A DNA stretch of 43,382 nt from Desulfobacteraceae bacterium (GTDB lineage: Bacteria; Desulfobacterota; Desulfobacteria; Desulfobacterales; Desulfobacteraceae). The stretch spans positions 1 through 43,382 of the forward strand of contig PIVS01000001.1 of the NCBI GenBank assembly GCA_003353855.1. The letters run 5' to 3'. This document shows positions 28,743 through 37,372 of the stretch, piece by piece. The number at the start of each line of letters is the position of its first letter. Within the stretch, counting starts at the first letter, position 1. The position numbers and the translations under genes were made by a program. The notes beneath the pieces are model-generated. The model did not search any database, was not told the DNA's origin, and saw nothing but the letters and a program-made list of their open reading frames with translations.

Positions 28743-30146
28743 ATGCAGTCCATCCCTGAAAAAAAAACGCCCATCCTCATTGTGGATGATGATATCGGTT
28801 TTCTGCTGACCATTAAAGAGATTCTTGTCAGTGCGGGTATGCCTGAGCCGGCCCTTGTTTCTGACAGTCGGGAGGTCATGGGGCTGCTTGAAACCCATCA
28901 ATTTAAATTTGTTCTTCTGGATCTGTTAATGCCCAATCTCTCAGGGCTTGAACTTCTTGAAAGAATAAAGGAATCCTTTTATGATACGGAATGCGTTATC
29001 GTAACTGCAAGCGATGATATCGCATCGGCTGTTTCCGCCATGAAGGTGGGGGCCTATGATTATCTGACAAAGCCTGTGCAATATGATAAAATGATTATTC
29101 TCATTAAGCGGGCCCTGGAACGATATTGCCTTCGCCTCGGCCTTTCTTTGTTTGAACGGAAAAACAGGTTGTCGGATCTTTCAGATCCAGAAGCATTTGC
29201 AGACATGGTGGTAATGGACCATTCCATGATCCGGGTATTGCGCCAGGTTGAAATGGTGGCTCCCACGGACTATTCCGTTGTGATTACCGGTGAATCCGGA
29301 ACAGGCAAGGAGATGCTGGCCAGAAAAATCCATGATCTGAGCAACAGGGCGGCAGGGCCCTTTGTGGCCATAAATATGGGGGCGGTGAGCAAAACTCTGT
29401 TTGAGGATGAATTGTTTGGGCACTCAAAGGGGGCCTATACCGGAGCGGCAAGGGACAAAAAAGGCTTCTTTGAATCTGCCAGGCATGGAACACTGTTTCT
29501 GGATGAAATTACGGATCTTAATATTTCACACCAGGGCGGGCTTTTGCGGGTGATTCAGGAAAAGGAATTTTACCGTGTGGGAAGTACCCGTACGGTGGAT
29601 GTGGATCTGAGGATCCTTGTTGCCACCAACCAGGATATTTTACTGGAAATCAAAAACAATCGATTCCGGGCAGATTTGTTTCACCGGCTGAATATGTTTC
29701 ACATTGACATTCCTCCATTGGGCGAAAGAAAAGGGGATATCCTTCCCCTGGCCCTGTGTTTCCTGAATCAATATGTTGCTGAAACAGGTAAACAGATCAC
29801 GGGTATATCAGATGAATTCACAGATTATCTGATGGAACATAAGTTTTCGGGAAATGTAAGGGAGCTCAAAAATATGATTGCTTCGGCTGTTCTCCGTGAA
29901 AAGAGTGACCTTCTGTCAGTTGGAGCCCTGGGCAGGGAGGCAAAAACAGATCTTTTATCCGGTTTTTCAGACCGGGGCAGCGGGCCCCGGAATACCGCTT
30001 GCTGGTCAATGGCCCAGGTTGAAGAACACCATATTTTGCAGGTGCTTGAAACGGTTGGCAACAACCGTACAAAGGCCGCTAAAATTTTGGGTATTGGCCG
30101 GAAAACGCTCCAAAGAAAATTAAAAGTTTATAATTTTTCTTCCTAG
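28743..30146 (+). CDS. Sigma-54-dependent response regulator (NtrC family: REC + AAA+ + Fis-type HTH)
   Basis: ATG 1 nt after the kinase stop, GAGGAA RBS. REC (ILIVDDD..LLDLLMP..KP), Walker A GESGTGKE, sigma-54 contact loop as GAYTGA, Walker B LFLDEI, C-terminal HTH NRTKAAKILGIGRKTLQRKL. Confidence 0.9.
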   Translation: MQSIPEKKTPILIVDDDIGFLLTIKEILVSAGMPEPALVSDSREVMGLLETHQFKFVLLDLLMPNLSGLELLERIKESFYDTECVIVTASDDIASAVSAMKVGAYDYLTKPVQYDKMIILIKRALERYCLRLGLSLFERKNRLSDLSDPEAFADMVVMDHSMIRVLRQVEMVAPTDYSVVITGESGTGKEMLARKIHDLSNRAAGPFVAINMGAVSKTLFEDELFGHSKGAYTGAARDKKGFFESARHGTLFLDEITDLNISHQGGLLRVIQEKEFYRVGSTRTVDVDLRILVATNQDILLEIKNNRFRADLFHRLNMFHIDIPPLGERKGDILPLALCFLNQYVAETGKQITGISDEFTDYLMEHKFSGNVRELKNMIASAVLREKSDLLSVGALGREAKTDLLSGFSDRGSGPRNTACWSMAQVEEHHILQVLETVGNNRTKAAKILGIGRKTLQRKLKVYNFSS

Positions 30147-30150
30147 GAAA

Positions 30151-30188
30151 ACAATTGGGTCATTATGACACAATCGGGTCATTATGAC
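30151..30188. promoter_or_regulatory. Tandem 19-bp repeat carrying two GTCAT-T-ATGAC palindromes (candidate enhancer/UAS for the adjacent sigma-54 activator)
   Basis: ACAATTGGGTCATTATGAC (30151-30169) is immediately followed by ACAATCGGGTCATTATGAC (30170-30188). Each contains a perfect 5-1-5 palindrome. Confidence 0.45.
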
Positions 30189-30262
30189 CTGAACCAATAT
30201 TTCTGAGTTTTTATAGTTTAATGAAGATATCGGTAAAAAAAGTTCTCAAATTTAATTAATCC

Positions 30263-30275
30263 GGGTCAAAATGAC
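30263..30275. promoter_or_regulatory. Third copy of the GGGTCA-N3-TGAC palindrome
   Basis: GGGTCAAAATGAC shares GGGTCA...ATGAC with the two upstream copies and lies about 75 bp downstream of them. Confidence 0.4.
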
Positions 30276-30386
30276 GCACTCTCCATACCCCATGGGGCTG
30301 TTATTTAGAGGGAAATTTAATGGGAAATTTCATAACTGGCTGATTTATAAGCCTTTGGCTTTATTGTTCATCCTTGGTGATAGCCT

Positions 30387-30401
30387 TGGCACAATTTGTG
30401 T
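30387..30401 (+). promoter_or_regulatory. Candidate sigma-54 (-24/-12) promoter for the AGCS symporter gene
   Basis: TGGCACAATTTGTGT has a perfect -24 element TGGCAC. With correct spacing the -12 region reads TGT instead of the consensus TGC (the conserved C is a T). It lies about 130 nt upstream of ATG 30534 and about 110-235 nt downstream of the palindromes. Confidence 0.33.
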
Positions 30402-30533
30402 AAAAAGGGACAGGAGTACTAAACAATGGCAACGAAAAGCCTTGTCCCAAAGCCGAAATCTCTTTGGGGGCTCCTGGAATTGGCCGGGAAAGGGCATTCT
30501 TGCCAAATGACGACTAAACAAGGAGCAGCGGCT

Positions 30534-31928
30534 ATGGAAGTACTAAACTTGGTGATGGGAAAAATCGGAAGTTTTGCCTGGGGTCCCATCATGATTTTCT
30601 TTTTGGTGGGAACCGGTGTGGTTCTTACCCTGGGAACCCGGGTGGTTCAATTTAGGAAACTATTTTATGCGTTTAAACTCCTTTTTTCCAAAGACTATAA
30701 GGGCGATGGCGACATTACCCCTTTTCAGGCATTGATGACCTCCTTGTCAGCAACCATTGGTACGGGAAATATTGCTGGCGTGGCCACGGCCATAGCTCTC
30801 GGCGGGCCCGGAGCGATTTTCTGGATGTGGGTTACCGGTGCATTTGGCGGGGCCGTTAAATTTGCCGAGGCCGTTCTGGCCGTTCGGTACAGGATCACCA
30901 ATGAAAATGGGGAGCAATCCGGTGGCCCCATGTATTATATCAAACTTGGAATGGCTGAAAAATTTGGCGGTGACTGGGCATGGCTTGGCTGGACATTTGC
31001 CCTATTCGGATTTGTGGCCTCCTTTGGCATAGGAAATATGGTTCAATCTAATTCAGTTGCATCCGCCCTTCAAAACAGTTTGAATGTCCCTGTGTGGATT
31101 ACCGGTATTGTCATTGCCGCTGCCGTGGGTGCAGTAATCATTGGTGGTATTAAGAGTATTGCCGGGGTTACCTCCAAGGTGGTACCCATCATGGCTGTTT
31201 TTTACATAACCGGCAGTCTGGTCGTTCTGGTGGCCAAGGCCTCCATGATCCCGGAAGCTTTTGGGATGATTTTTTCCAATGCATTTTCAGGTGCTGCCGT
31301 TGGCGGCGGATTTTTGGGAACAGTGGTCCGGTTTGGCGTGGCAAGGGGGGTATTCTCCAATGAAGCAGGACTTGGCTCCGCACCCATTGCCCATGCAGCT
31401 TCCAAAATTAAAGACCCCGTTACCCAGGGAATTATTGCCTCTCTGGGATCCTTTATCGATACTCTGATTGTCTGCAGCATGACTGCACTTGTTATTCTGG
31501 TATCCGGCCTTGTTACCTTTGGCTCAGACGGTATGATGAGCATATCCGGAGGACTCTCCGGCGCTGCTCTGACATCCAGTGCCTATGCCAGCTCTCTTCC
31601 AGGGGTGGGTCATTTTATTGTAACCTTTGGTCTGATCTTTTTTGCTTTTTCCACTATTTTGGGCTGGTTCTACTATGGATCCAAATGTCTGGAGTATATC
31701 GCCGGGGTCAAGGCAGTGGAATATTACAAATGGGTGTGGATAGGACTTGTATTTGTAGGCGCAAACATTCATCTGGATTTTGTATGGAACTTGTCCGATG
31801 CCTTTAACGGACTCATGGCCATTCCCAACCTGATTTGCCTCCTTGGATTAAGTCCGGTGATTTTCTCCATGCTCAAGGCATATGAATCAAAAAATAAAAA
31901 TAAAAATAAAATAAAAATAAATAATTAA
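30534..31928 (+). CDS. Alanine/glycine:cation symporter (AGCS family)
   Basis: Start set at MEVLNLV (ATG 30534), 8 nt after AAGGAG; the track ORF starts at 30426. AGCS blocks FAWGPIMIFFLVGTG, FQALMTSLSATIGTGNIAGVATAI..GGPGAIFWMW, GVFSNEAGLGSAPIAHAA. Confidence 0.88.
   Translation: MEVLNLVMGKIGSFAWGPIMIFFLVGTGVVLTLGTRVVQFRKLFYAFKLLFSKDYKGDGDITPFQALMTSLSATIGTGNIAGVATAIALGGPGAIFWMWVTGAFGGAVKFAEAVLAVRYRITNENGEQSGGPMYYIKLGMAEKFGGDWAWLGWTFALFGFVASFGIGNMVQSNSVASALQNSLNVPVWITGIVIAAAVGAVIIGGIKSIAGVTSKVVPIMAVFYITGSLVVLVAKASMIPEAFGMIFSNAFSGAAVGGGFLGTVVRFGVARGVFSNEAGLGSAPIAHAASKIKDPVTQGIIASLGSFIDTLIVCSMTALVILVSGLVTFGSDGMMSISGGLSGAALTSSAYASSLPGVGHFIVTFGLIFFAFSTILGWFYYGSKCLEYIAGVKAVEYYKWVWIGLVFVGANIHLDFVWNLSDAFNGLMAIPNLICLLGLSPVIFSMLKAYESKNKNKNKIKINN
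31889..31928 (+). repeat. 40-nt A/T-only tract with (AAAAAT)3 encoding the KNKNKNKIKINN tail of the symporter
   Basis: aaaaaataaaaataaaaataaaataaaaataaataattaa contains no G or C over 40 nt, in a gene that is otherwise about 50% GC. Confidence 0.9.
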
Positions 31929-31956
31929 ACCAAAAGAAATTAAGTATGAAATCAAG

Positions 31957-31997
31957 AAGCCTGCAAGCAATTGTAAAATTGTTTGCAGGCTTTTTTT
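31957..31997 (+). terminator. Rho-independent terminator after the symporter gene
   Basis: AAGCCTGCAA-(gcaattgtaaaattgt)-TTGCAGGCTT followed by TTTTT. Confidence 0.7.
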
Positions 31998-32129
31998 GTG
32001 GATATACAAAAAGGATAAGATACCTTATTTCTTTTATATCCGTCTCTTCCTAAAGTTAATGAAATAGTCTATGATTGTCGACTTAAATCATACAAACTGA
32101 TCTTATTAATGGAAAACAGGTAAACTAAA

Positions 32130-33341
32130 ATGGGATTTGAAAAAGACTGGAATTTTGACAAAATTATAGACAGGAGCAATACTGGGTCCATGAAATGGGA
32201 ACCCAGCGTATTGCGGGTGAAATTTGGTAAAGGAAGAGAAAATCTTTTGCCTCTCTGGGTGGCGGACATGGATTTTTTAAGCCCCACCGTGGTGAGACAG
32301 GCCATGGAAGAACGCCTGGCCCATCAGATTTACGGATATACCATGATTGATGCGGGTTATAGTGAGGCATTGATTTCCTGGTATCAGAGACGTCACCAAT
32401 GGACGATCAAAAAAGAGTGGGTCCTTACAAGCCCGGGGGTAGTTCCTGCAACCAATTATCTGATTCAGCGGTTTTCAAGCCCCGGAGACAAAGTTCTGAT
32501 CCAGACCCCGGTGTATTATCCCTTTGCCCAGTCCATAGTCAGCAATGGACGGCTGGTTTTGGAAAATCCTTTGAAAATTGTAGAGGGCCGGTATCAAATG
32601 GATTTTGATGATCTGGCAAAAAAAGTTGCTGATCCCCGGGTCAAACTTGCCGTCCTCTGTAGTCCCCACAATCCGGTGGGAAGGGTATGGACCAGGGAGG
32701 AACTTGAAAAATTCGGAAATATTTGTATGGAGAACCATGTTCTGGTCTTTGCCGATGAAATCCATTGTGACCTGATCATGCCGGGATTTAAACACATCTG
32801 CTTCCAGGATATCTCAGAAAAATTTGCCCAGCATTCCATTGCTGTCAATGCAGCCAGCAAGACTTTTAACCTGGCAGGTCTCCACCAGTCCAGTCTAATT
32901 ATTCCCAATGTAAACTTACGAAATGAGTTTTCCATTTATAATGAAACCCTGGGGGTGGGCCCCCGGGGCAGCAGCACTTTGTTCGGGGCCATTGCCACAG
33001 CAGCGGCCTACAACGGGGCAGAACCCTGGCTGGATGATCTGCTTTTATACATCAAGGACAATTTTATTCATCTGAAAACAAGCCTTGAGGCGCAATTGCC
33101 CGGGGTAAAGGTTTTTGACCTTGAGGGGACTTATCTGGCCTGGGCTGATTTCAGGTCTCTGGGGCTGTCCAACCAAAAAAATATTCAGATTATCGAGGAG
33201 GAGGCCGGGGTTGCCCTGGATCATGGTGACTGGTTCGGAGAAAATGGGGCCGGATTTGAACGGTTCAACATTGCCTGTCCCAGGCCTCTTTTGAAGAAAG
33301 CCGTTACAGCTGTGGTGGCAGGTTTTAAAAAATATTTGTAA
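32130..33341 (+). CDS. PLP-dependent C-S lyase / cystathionine beta-lyase, PatB/MalY family (class I/II aminotransferase fold)
   Basis: The N-terminus FDKIIDRSNTGSMKWE...LPLWVADMDF is the hallmark of MalY/PatB-type enzymes. The PLP-lysine region is NAASKTFNLAG. Confidence 0.85.
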   Translation: MGFEKDWNFDKIIDRSNTGSMKWEPSVLRVKFGKGRENLLPLWVADMDFLSPTVVRQAMEERLAHQIYGYTMIDAGYSEALISWYQRRHQWTIKKEWVLTSPGVVPATNYLIQRFSSPGDKVLIQTPVYYPFAQSIVSNGRLVLENPLKIVEGRYQMDFDDLAKKVADPRVKLAVLCSPHNPVGRVWTREELEKFGNICMENHVLVFADEIHCDLIMPGFKHICFQDISEKFAQHSIAVNAASKTFNLAGLHQSSLIIPNVNLRNEFSIYNETLGVGPRGSSTLFGAIATAAAYNGAEPWLDDLLLYIKDNFIHLKTSLEAQLPGVKVFDLEGTYLAWADFRSLGLSNQKNIQIIEEEAGVALDHGDWFGENGAGFERFNIACPRPLLKKAVTAVVAGFKKYL

Positions 33342-33374
33342 ATTTCTTTCTTCCAGCCGGGGGAAAAGATCAAA

Positions 33375-33728
33375 TACCCATCTTTTATCCTTGAAATTTG
33401 GGCTTGGTGGCCATGGCCCTGGCCATTTCCACTCTGCACTAAGGGGTATTGAAAAAAGATTCGAGCAGTCCGTAGGTAAGCTGGGAATAATGGGCAGGGG
33501 TGCATAATCTGGTTGACCGCCCATACCCCTGGCGTCACCTATAATATGTAGGTTTTCAACGGCAGACTTGATAATAAAGATGAAAGCAAGGGAGATAATG
33601 GCCAGATAATCACCCCGGGTTCTAAAGGAAGGAATGGCAACCAGCAGGGAGCCTAAAGCCGCGGCAGCTCCACCTGGCAAAAGGGCAAAGGTGAAATAAA
33701 GGATAGTAAGTAGAAATGAGCAACTATT
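33375..33728 (-). pseudogene. Relic of a branched-chain amino acid ABC transporter operon (livM-like permease fragment joined to a livG/F-like ATPase fragment)
   Basis: The minus frame from about 33728 reads ...LLTILYFTFALLPGGAAAALGSLLVAIPSFRTRGDYLAIISLAFIFIIKSAVENLHIIGDARGMGG, which fits the LivM block ..[20 protein letters not shown]....TGG.NG. A different frame about 100 nt downstream reads QLTYG...RVEMARAMATKPKF, which fits the LivG signature-to-Walker-B region LSYGQQR.LEIARALAT.PK. It is interrupted by a stop, and everything else is missing. Confidence 0.5.
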
Positions 33729-34782
33729 TTACAGGGGGACTCACCGTAAACTCATTCATTTTATACAAGAGCGTCTTATAGCTGATCTTGAGGATTTTGG
33801 CAGCCTTGGATCTGTTCCATCCCACTTTTTCAAGAACAAATGTGATGACTTCTTTTTCAACCTTGTCCGAGGCAAGCTTTTTGATTTTTTTCAGTGAGAT
33901 ATCTTCAAATAATGTATCTGAACTGGTGGAGAGGTCAACAAATTCTGAGATGATATTCATCCGGTCATTGTTTACTTCATTGTGGGGAAACAATGGGGAA
34001 TCACCGGTCAAGGGAGTCGAAATCTCCTGGGGATGTTCATTGGGCAACTCCTCAAATATTTTTTTCCAGGAGTTTACGACCATCTGTTTCTTGATACAGT
34101 TTTGCAGCTGCCTTACATTGCCGGGCCAGGGGTAGTTGCATAAACGGGTTAATGTCTCGGAATCTGGTTTGCTGCCCATATTATTGGGGTATTCGGTTTT
34201 GTAGAGTCTGAAATAATATTCAATAAGAGAGGGAATATCTTCTTTTCTCTGCCGCAGAGGAGGTATGTCAATTTTAATGATATTGAGCCGATAAAAAAGA
34301 TCTTCCCTGAATGTTTTTTTTTGTATGCTTTCTTCCAGGTTGTGGTTGGTGGCGGCAATCACCCAAACATCTGTCTTAAATTCATGGTCAGACCCCAGGG
34401 GAGAAAATTCTCCGCTTTGAAGCACATGGAGCATTTTTGACTGAAGCGCCAGGGGCATGTCACCGATTTCATCCAGAAAAAGCACCCCCTTGTCAGCTGT
34501 CTGAAATTTACCTGGCCGTTTTTTATGGGCCCCTGTAAAGGCTCCTTTTTCATAACCGTAAAGTTCGCTTTCCAGAAGGGTTTCCGGCAAAGCCGCACAA
34601 TTAATTTTAACAAAATTCTCGGTGGATCGATTGGATTCAATATAAAGGCTTTGAGCCACCACCTCTTTCCCCACCCCTGTTTCACCGGTAATCAATACAT
34701 TGAGGCAGGTATTGGCCACATGGTTGATCAATTCCTTAATTTTTAACATTGATTTGCTGACGCCGATTAGGGGTGTGCTCAT
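33724..34782 (-). CDS. Sigma-54-dependent transcriptional activator, AAA+ and Fis-type HTH domains only (no receiver)
   Basis: Starts MSTPLIGVSKSMLKI, the junction normally found just after the REC domain of NtrC-type proteins. Walker A GETGVGKE, GAFTGA intact, Walker B LFLDEIGDM, HTH NRSKAAKILKISYKTLLYKM. Confidence 0.85.
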   Translation of the reverse strand: MSTPLIGVSKSMLKIKELINHVANTCLNVLITGETGVGKEVVAQSLYIESNRSTENFVKINCAALPETLLESELYGYEKGAFTGAHKKRPGKFQTADKGVLFLDEIGDMPLALQSKMLHVLQSGEFSPLGSDHEFKTDVWVIAATNHNLEESIQKKTFREDLFYRLNIIKIDIPPLRQRKEDIPSLIEYYFRLYKTEYPNNMGSKPDSETLTRLCNYPWPGNVRQLQNCIKKQMVVNSWKKIFEELPNEHPQEISTPLTGDSPLFPHNEVNNDRMNIISEFVDLSTSSDTLFEDISLKKIKKLASDKVEKEVITFVLEKVGWNRSKAAKILKISYKTLLYKMNEFTVSPPVK

Positions 34783-34791
34783 AGCTTTGCT

Positions 34792-35184
34792 TTATTCATT
34801 TGGGTTGTCGTTATTATTGCACAAAAGACTTGCGACCTTGTCTTCAATTTTAAATAAATCTATGGGTTTGAAAAGGACAATATCTGCTTGTGCCTCCGAG
34901 GCCAGTGCACCGGGCTGATCTCCAAATCCTGTGATGGCAATTATTTTCAGGTGGGGGAATTCTTTTTTTACAATGGATATAAGTCCCACACCGCTTATGT
35001 TCGGCATAACAAGGTCTGTGATCAGGCAATCAAAAAAAAGGGCTTCATCCCTTAATAATTTTAAAGCGACTAGCCCATCCACCGCTGTTTTAACTTCATA
35101 TCCCATTGAATTGAAAAATTCATAAAAGGTGGATAAGATATCTTCATTATCGTCAACTATTAGAAGTCGTATTGGGTTAGTCAT
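34792..35184 (-). CDS. Stand-alone response-regulator receiver domain (in frame with the downstream AAA+ gene, separated by one TAA)
   Basis: Start set at MTNPIRLLIVDDNED (35184). Phospho-acceptor context CLITDLVMP, plus T (IAITGF) and K (LFKPID) all present. Stop TAA at 34792-34794, then codons AGC AAA GCT, then ATG 34782 of the AAA+ ORF in the same reading frame. Confidence 0.85.
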   Translation of the reverse strand: MTNPIRLLIVDDNEDILSTFYEFFNSMGYEVKTAVDGLVALKLLRDEALFFDCLITDLVMPNISGVGLISIVKKEFPHLKIIAITGFGDQPGALASEAQADIVLFKPIDLFKIEDKVASLLCNNNDNPNE

Positions 35185-35286
35185 TCTGTGCCCCTTGGTA
35201 AAAAAAATTTTGAATGGATACCATTTCATATAATAGATTTGTTCTGACTTGCAAGGAAAAAATCAAAAAAAAGGCGAAATTGTCTA

Positions 35287-36222
35287 CTATTTTACATATG
35301 ACACTGTGATATATATGAAAAATAATCCAATGAGTATAAGGCCGCCATGTTTATTGACCCCCTTTTTAAGAAATGCCATTAAACCCAAAACAAAACAGAT
35401 AAAGATCATGAAAGGAAACTGGAAGCTGTGCAGGGAAGGATCTATGGACATTGGGTTGAAGATCCCAACTACACCCATGACCAGGCATATATTGAACAAA
35501 TTGGAGCCCACCACATTTCCCACGGAGATATCGCCCTCTCCCCTGGCAGCTGCCACGGCAGATGTGGCAAGTTCAGGCAGGGAGGTACCAAGGGCTACCA
35601 CCGAGATGCCGATAAAAGTTTGGGAAAGCCCCATATTGCTGGCCATAATAATGGCTTGCTTAACCACAAAATTGGCGCCAAAGGAAAGCATGATAATGCC
35701 CAGGATAATATATCCAACGTTTTTGGCCAGTTGCCTGGGAGGGCGGTCTATTCGGTCGGGCTGCCCATTGGATTTGTCTTTGGCAGTAAGGAAACCATAT
35801 ATCAGAAAAATTCCTAGAAAAATTAACAGAATAATCCCGTCTGTTCTATTAATTTGTGAATCCATGCAGAGAACCCAGAAAACAAATGAAATAAAAATCA
35901 TATAAGGAATTTCAATCATTATCACCTGGCGTTTGATGGAAACCTCCCGTATGACCGCTGAAATCCCCAGCACCAGGGCAATGTTGATGACATTGCTGCC
36001 TAAAATGTTGCCGATGGAAATACCACCTGATCCGTTAACGGCAGCCACGAGACTGACCAGAAGTTCTGGAGCTGAAGTGGCCAGGGAGACAATGGTAAGC
36101 CCGATAATTACTGGACGGACTGCAAACATGACAGCCGTGGAAGCGGCGCCTTCAACAAGGATGGAAGACCCGTAATACAGCAGGACAAGGCCTGCTAAAA
36201 GTATGAATATCTGTGTAAACAC
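35287..36222 (-). CDS. Ca2+/cation antiporter (CaCA family, YrbG-like)
   Basis: 311 aa, about 10 TM segments. The two alpha-repeat motifs are GLTIVSLATSAPELLVS and GISVVALGTSLPELATS. Confidence 0.85.
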   Translation of the reverse strand: MFTQIFILLAGLVLLYYGSSILVEGAASTAVMFAVRPVIIGLTIVSLATSAPELLVSLVAAVNGSGGISIGNILGSNVINIALVLGISAVIREVSIKRQVIMIEIPYMIFISFVFWVLCMDSQINRTDGIILLIFLGIFLIYGFLTAKDKSNGQPDRIDRPPRQLAKNVGYIILGIIMLSFGANFVVKQAIIMASNMGLSQTFIGISVVALGTSLPELATSAVAAARGEGDISVGNVVGSNLFNICLVMGVVGIFNPMSIDPSLHSFQFPFMIFICFVLGLMAFLKKGVNKHGGLILIGLFFIYITVSYVK

Positions 36223-36358
36223 GGTTTCCTTAAGTTATGACTGATTTTAGGGTTAAGTTTCTTGCCTAAAGATAAAATTAATATTATAAGGCGTGAATAA
36301 TATAGCAGTATTTAATATTTTGCAATTAATAATTTTGTATACCATTAGGGAGACCCAA

Positions 36359-37372
36359 ATGATAAAAAGTATTGTAAGAGGGACGGGTATGTTTGTTCCC
36401 CCCAACCTGGTGACCAATAAAGACCTTGAAAAAATTATGGACACCTCGGATGAGTGGATTCAGCAGAGAACCGGGATTAAACAAAGATACTGGATTCCTG
36501 AAGAGGGGGTGACCGGTACCTCTGATCTTGGATTTGAAGCTGCCAACCAGGCACTTGACGCTGCCGGATGGGCGGCTGAGGATCTGGATTTCATCATATT
36601 TGCAACCTTGAGCCCGGACATTATGTTTCCGGGATGCGGTTGCCTGCTGGCTGCTAAATTGGGATTGAAATCAACCCCTGCCCTGGATATCCGTCAGCAG
36701 TGCACTGGATTTTTGTATGGATTTGCCACGGCGGATGCCTATATTAAAACAGGTCTTGCCAAAAAGGTGCTTTTGGTGGGAGGGGAAGTTCATTCCTCGG
36801 GACTGGACAAGTCAACCCGGGGCAGGAATGTAACCATTATTTTCGGTGATGGCGCGGCAGCTGCCTGTATTGAAGGGGTTGATACAGAGGAGACCGTCGG
36901 CCTTTTGGCTTCAGCTCTCCATGCAGATGGAAATTATGCAGATTCTTTGATGACCGAACTGCCGGCATCCAGGCTACCCCGGCGTAATCCACCCGGGGTA
37001 GCCATTGATGACCCCAGATATTTCCCGGTAATGGACGGACCTGTCATCTTTAAAAAAGCTGTCAGGCTGCTGCCAAAGGTAACCCATGAAGTTCTGGAAA
37101 AAGCCGGAATAGAACTTGACCAGATTGACCTTGTCGTCCCCCACCAGGCAAACAAGAGAATCAACCAGGCATTCGGCCAGTTTTTAAAGCTTCCCGATGA
37201 CAAAATATTTCACAATATCGAAAAATACGGAAATACAACAGCCGCCAGTATCCCCATCGCCTTCCATGAAGCCATTGAACAGGGGAGAATCGGCAAATCC
37301 GGAGAGACCGTGCTCTTTGTCGCCCTTGGAGCAGGCCTTACCTGGGGCGCTGCCGTCTACCGTTTTTTGTAA
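36359..37372 (+). CDS. fabH: 3-oxoacyl-ACP synthase III
   Basis: Start set at MIKSIVRGTG (ATG 36359) after GGGAG; the track ORF starts at 36293. FabH blocks TSDEWIQQRTGIKQR, the active-site Cys region QQCTGF, HQAN, GNTTAASIP. Confidence 0.88.
   Translation: MIKSIVRGTGMFVPPNLVTNKDLEKIMDTSDEWIQQRTGIKQRYWIPEEGVTGTSDLGFEAANQALDAAGWAAEDLDFIIFATLSPDIMFPGCGCLLAAKLGLKSTPALDIRQQCTGFLYGFATADAYIKTGLAKKVLLVGGEVHSSGLDKSTRGRNVTIIFGDGAAAACIEGVDTEETVGLLASALHADGNYADSLMTELPASRLPRRNPPGVAIDDPRYFPVMDGPVIFKKAVRLLPKVTHEVLEKAGIELDQIDLVVPHQANKRINQAFGQFLKLPDDKIFHNIEKYGNTTAASIPIAFHEAIEQGRIGKSGETVLFVALGAGLTWGAAVYRFL

Noticed and set aside
33045-33680. 211-aa minus-strand ORF as a real protein-coding gene.
   Set aside because: Only the first roughly 60 residues resemble a LivM permease block. 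The remainder is Pro/Trp-rich nonsense overlapping the patB-like gene's 3' end antisense. It is reinterpreted as part of a liv relic.
34792-34794. Recoding (selenocysteine or pyrrolysine) at the in-frame stop splitting the NtrC-type regulator.
   Set aside because: The stop is TAA, not TGA or TAG. It lies in an inter-domain linker where no catalytic residue is expected.
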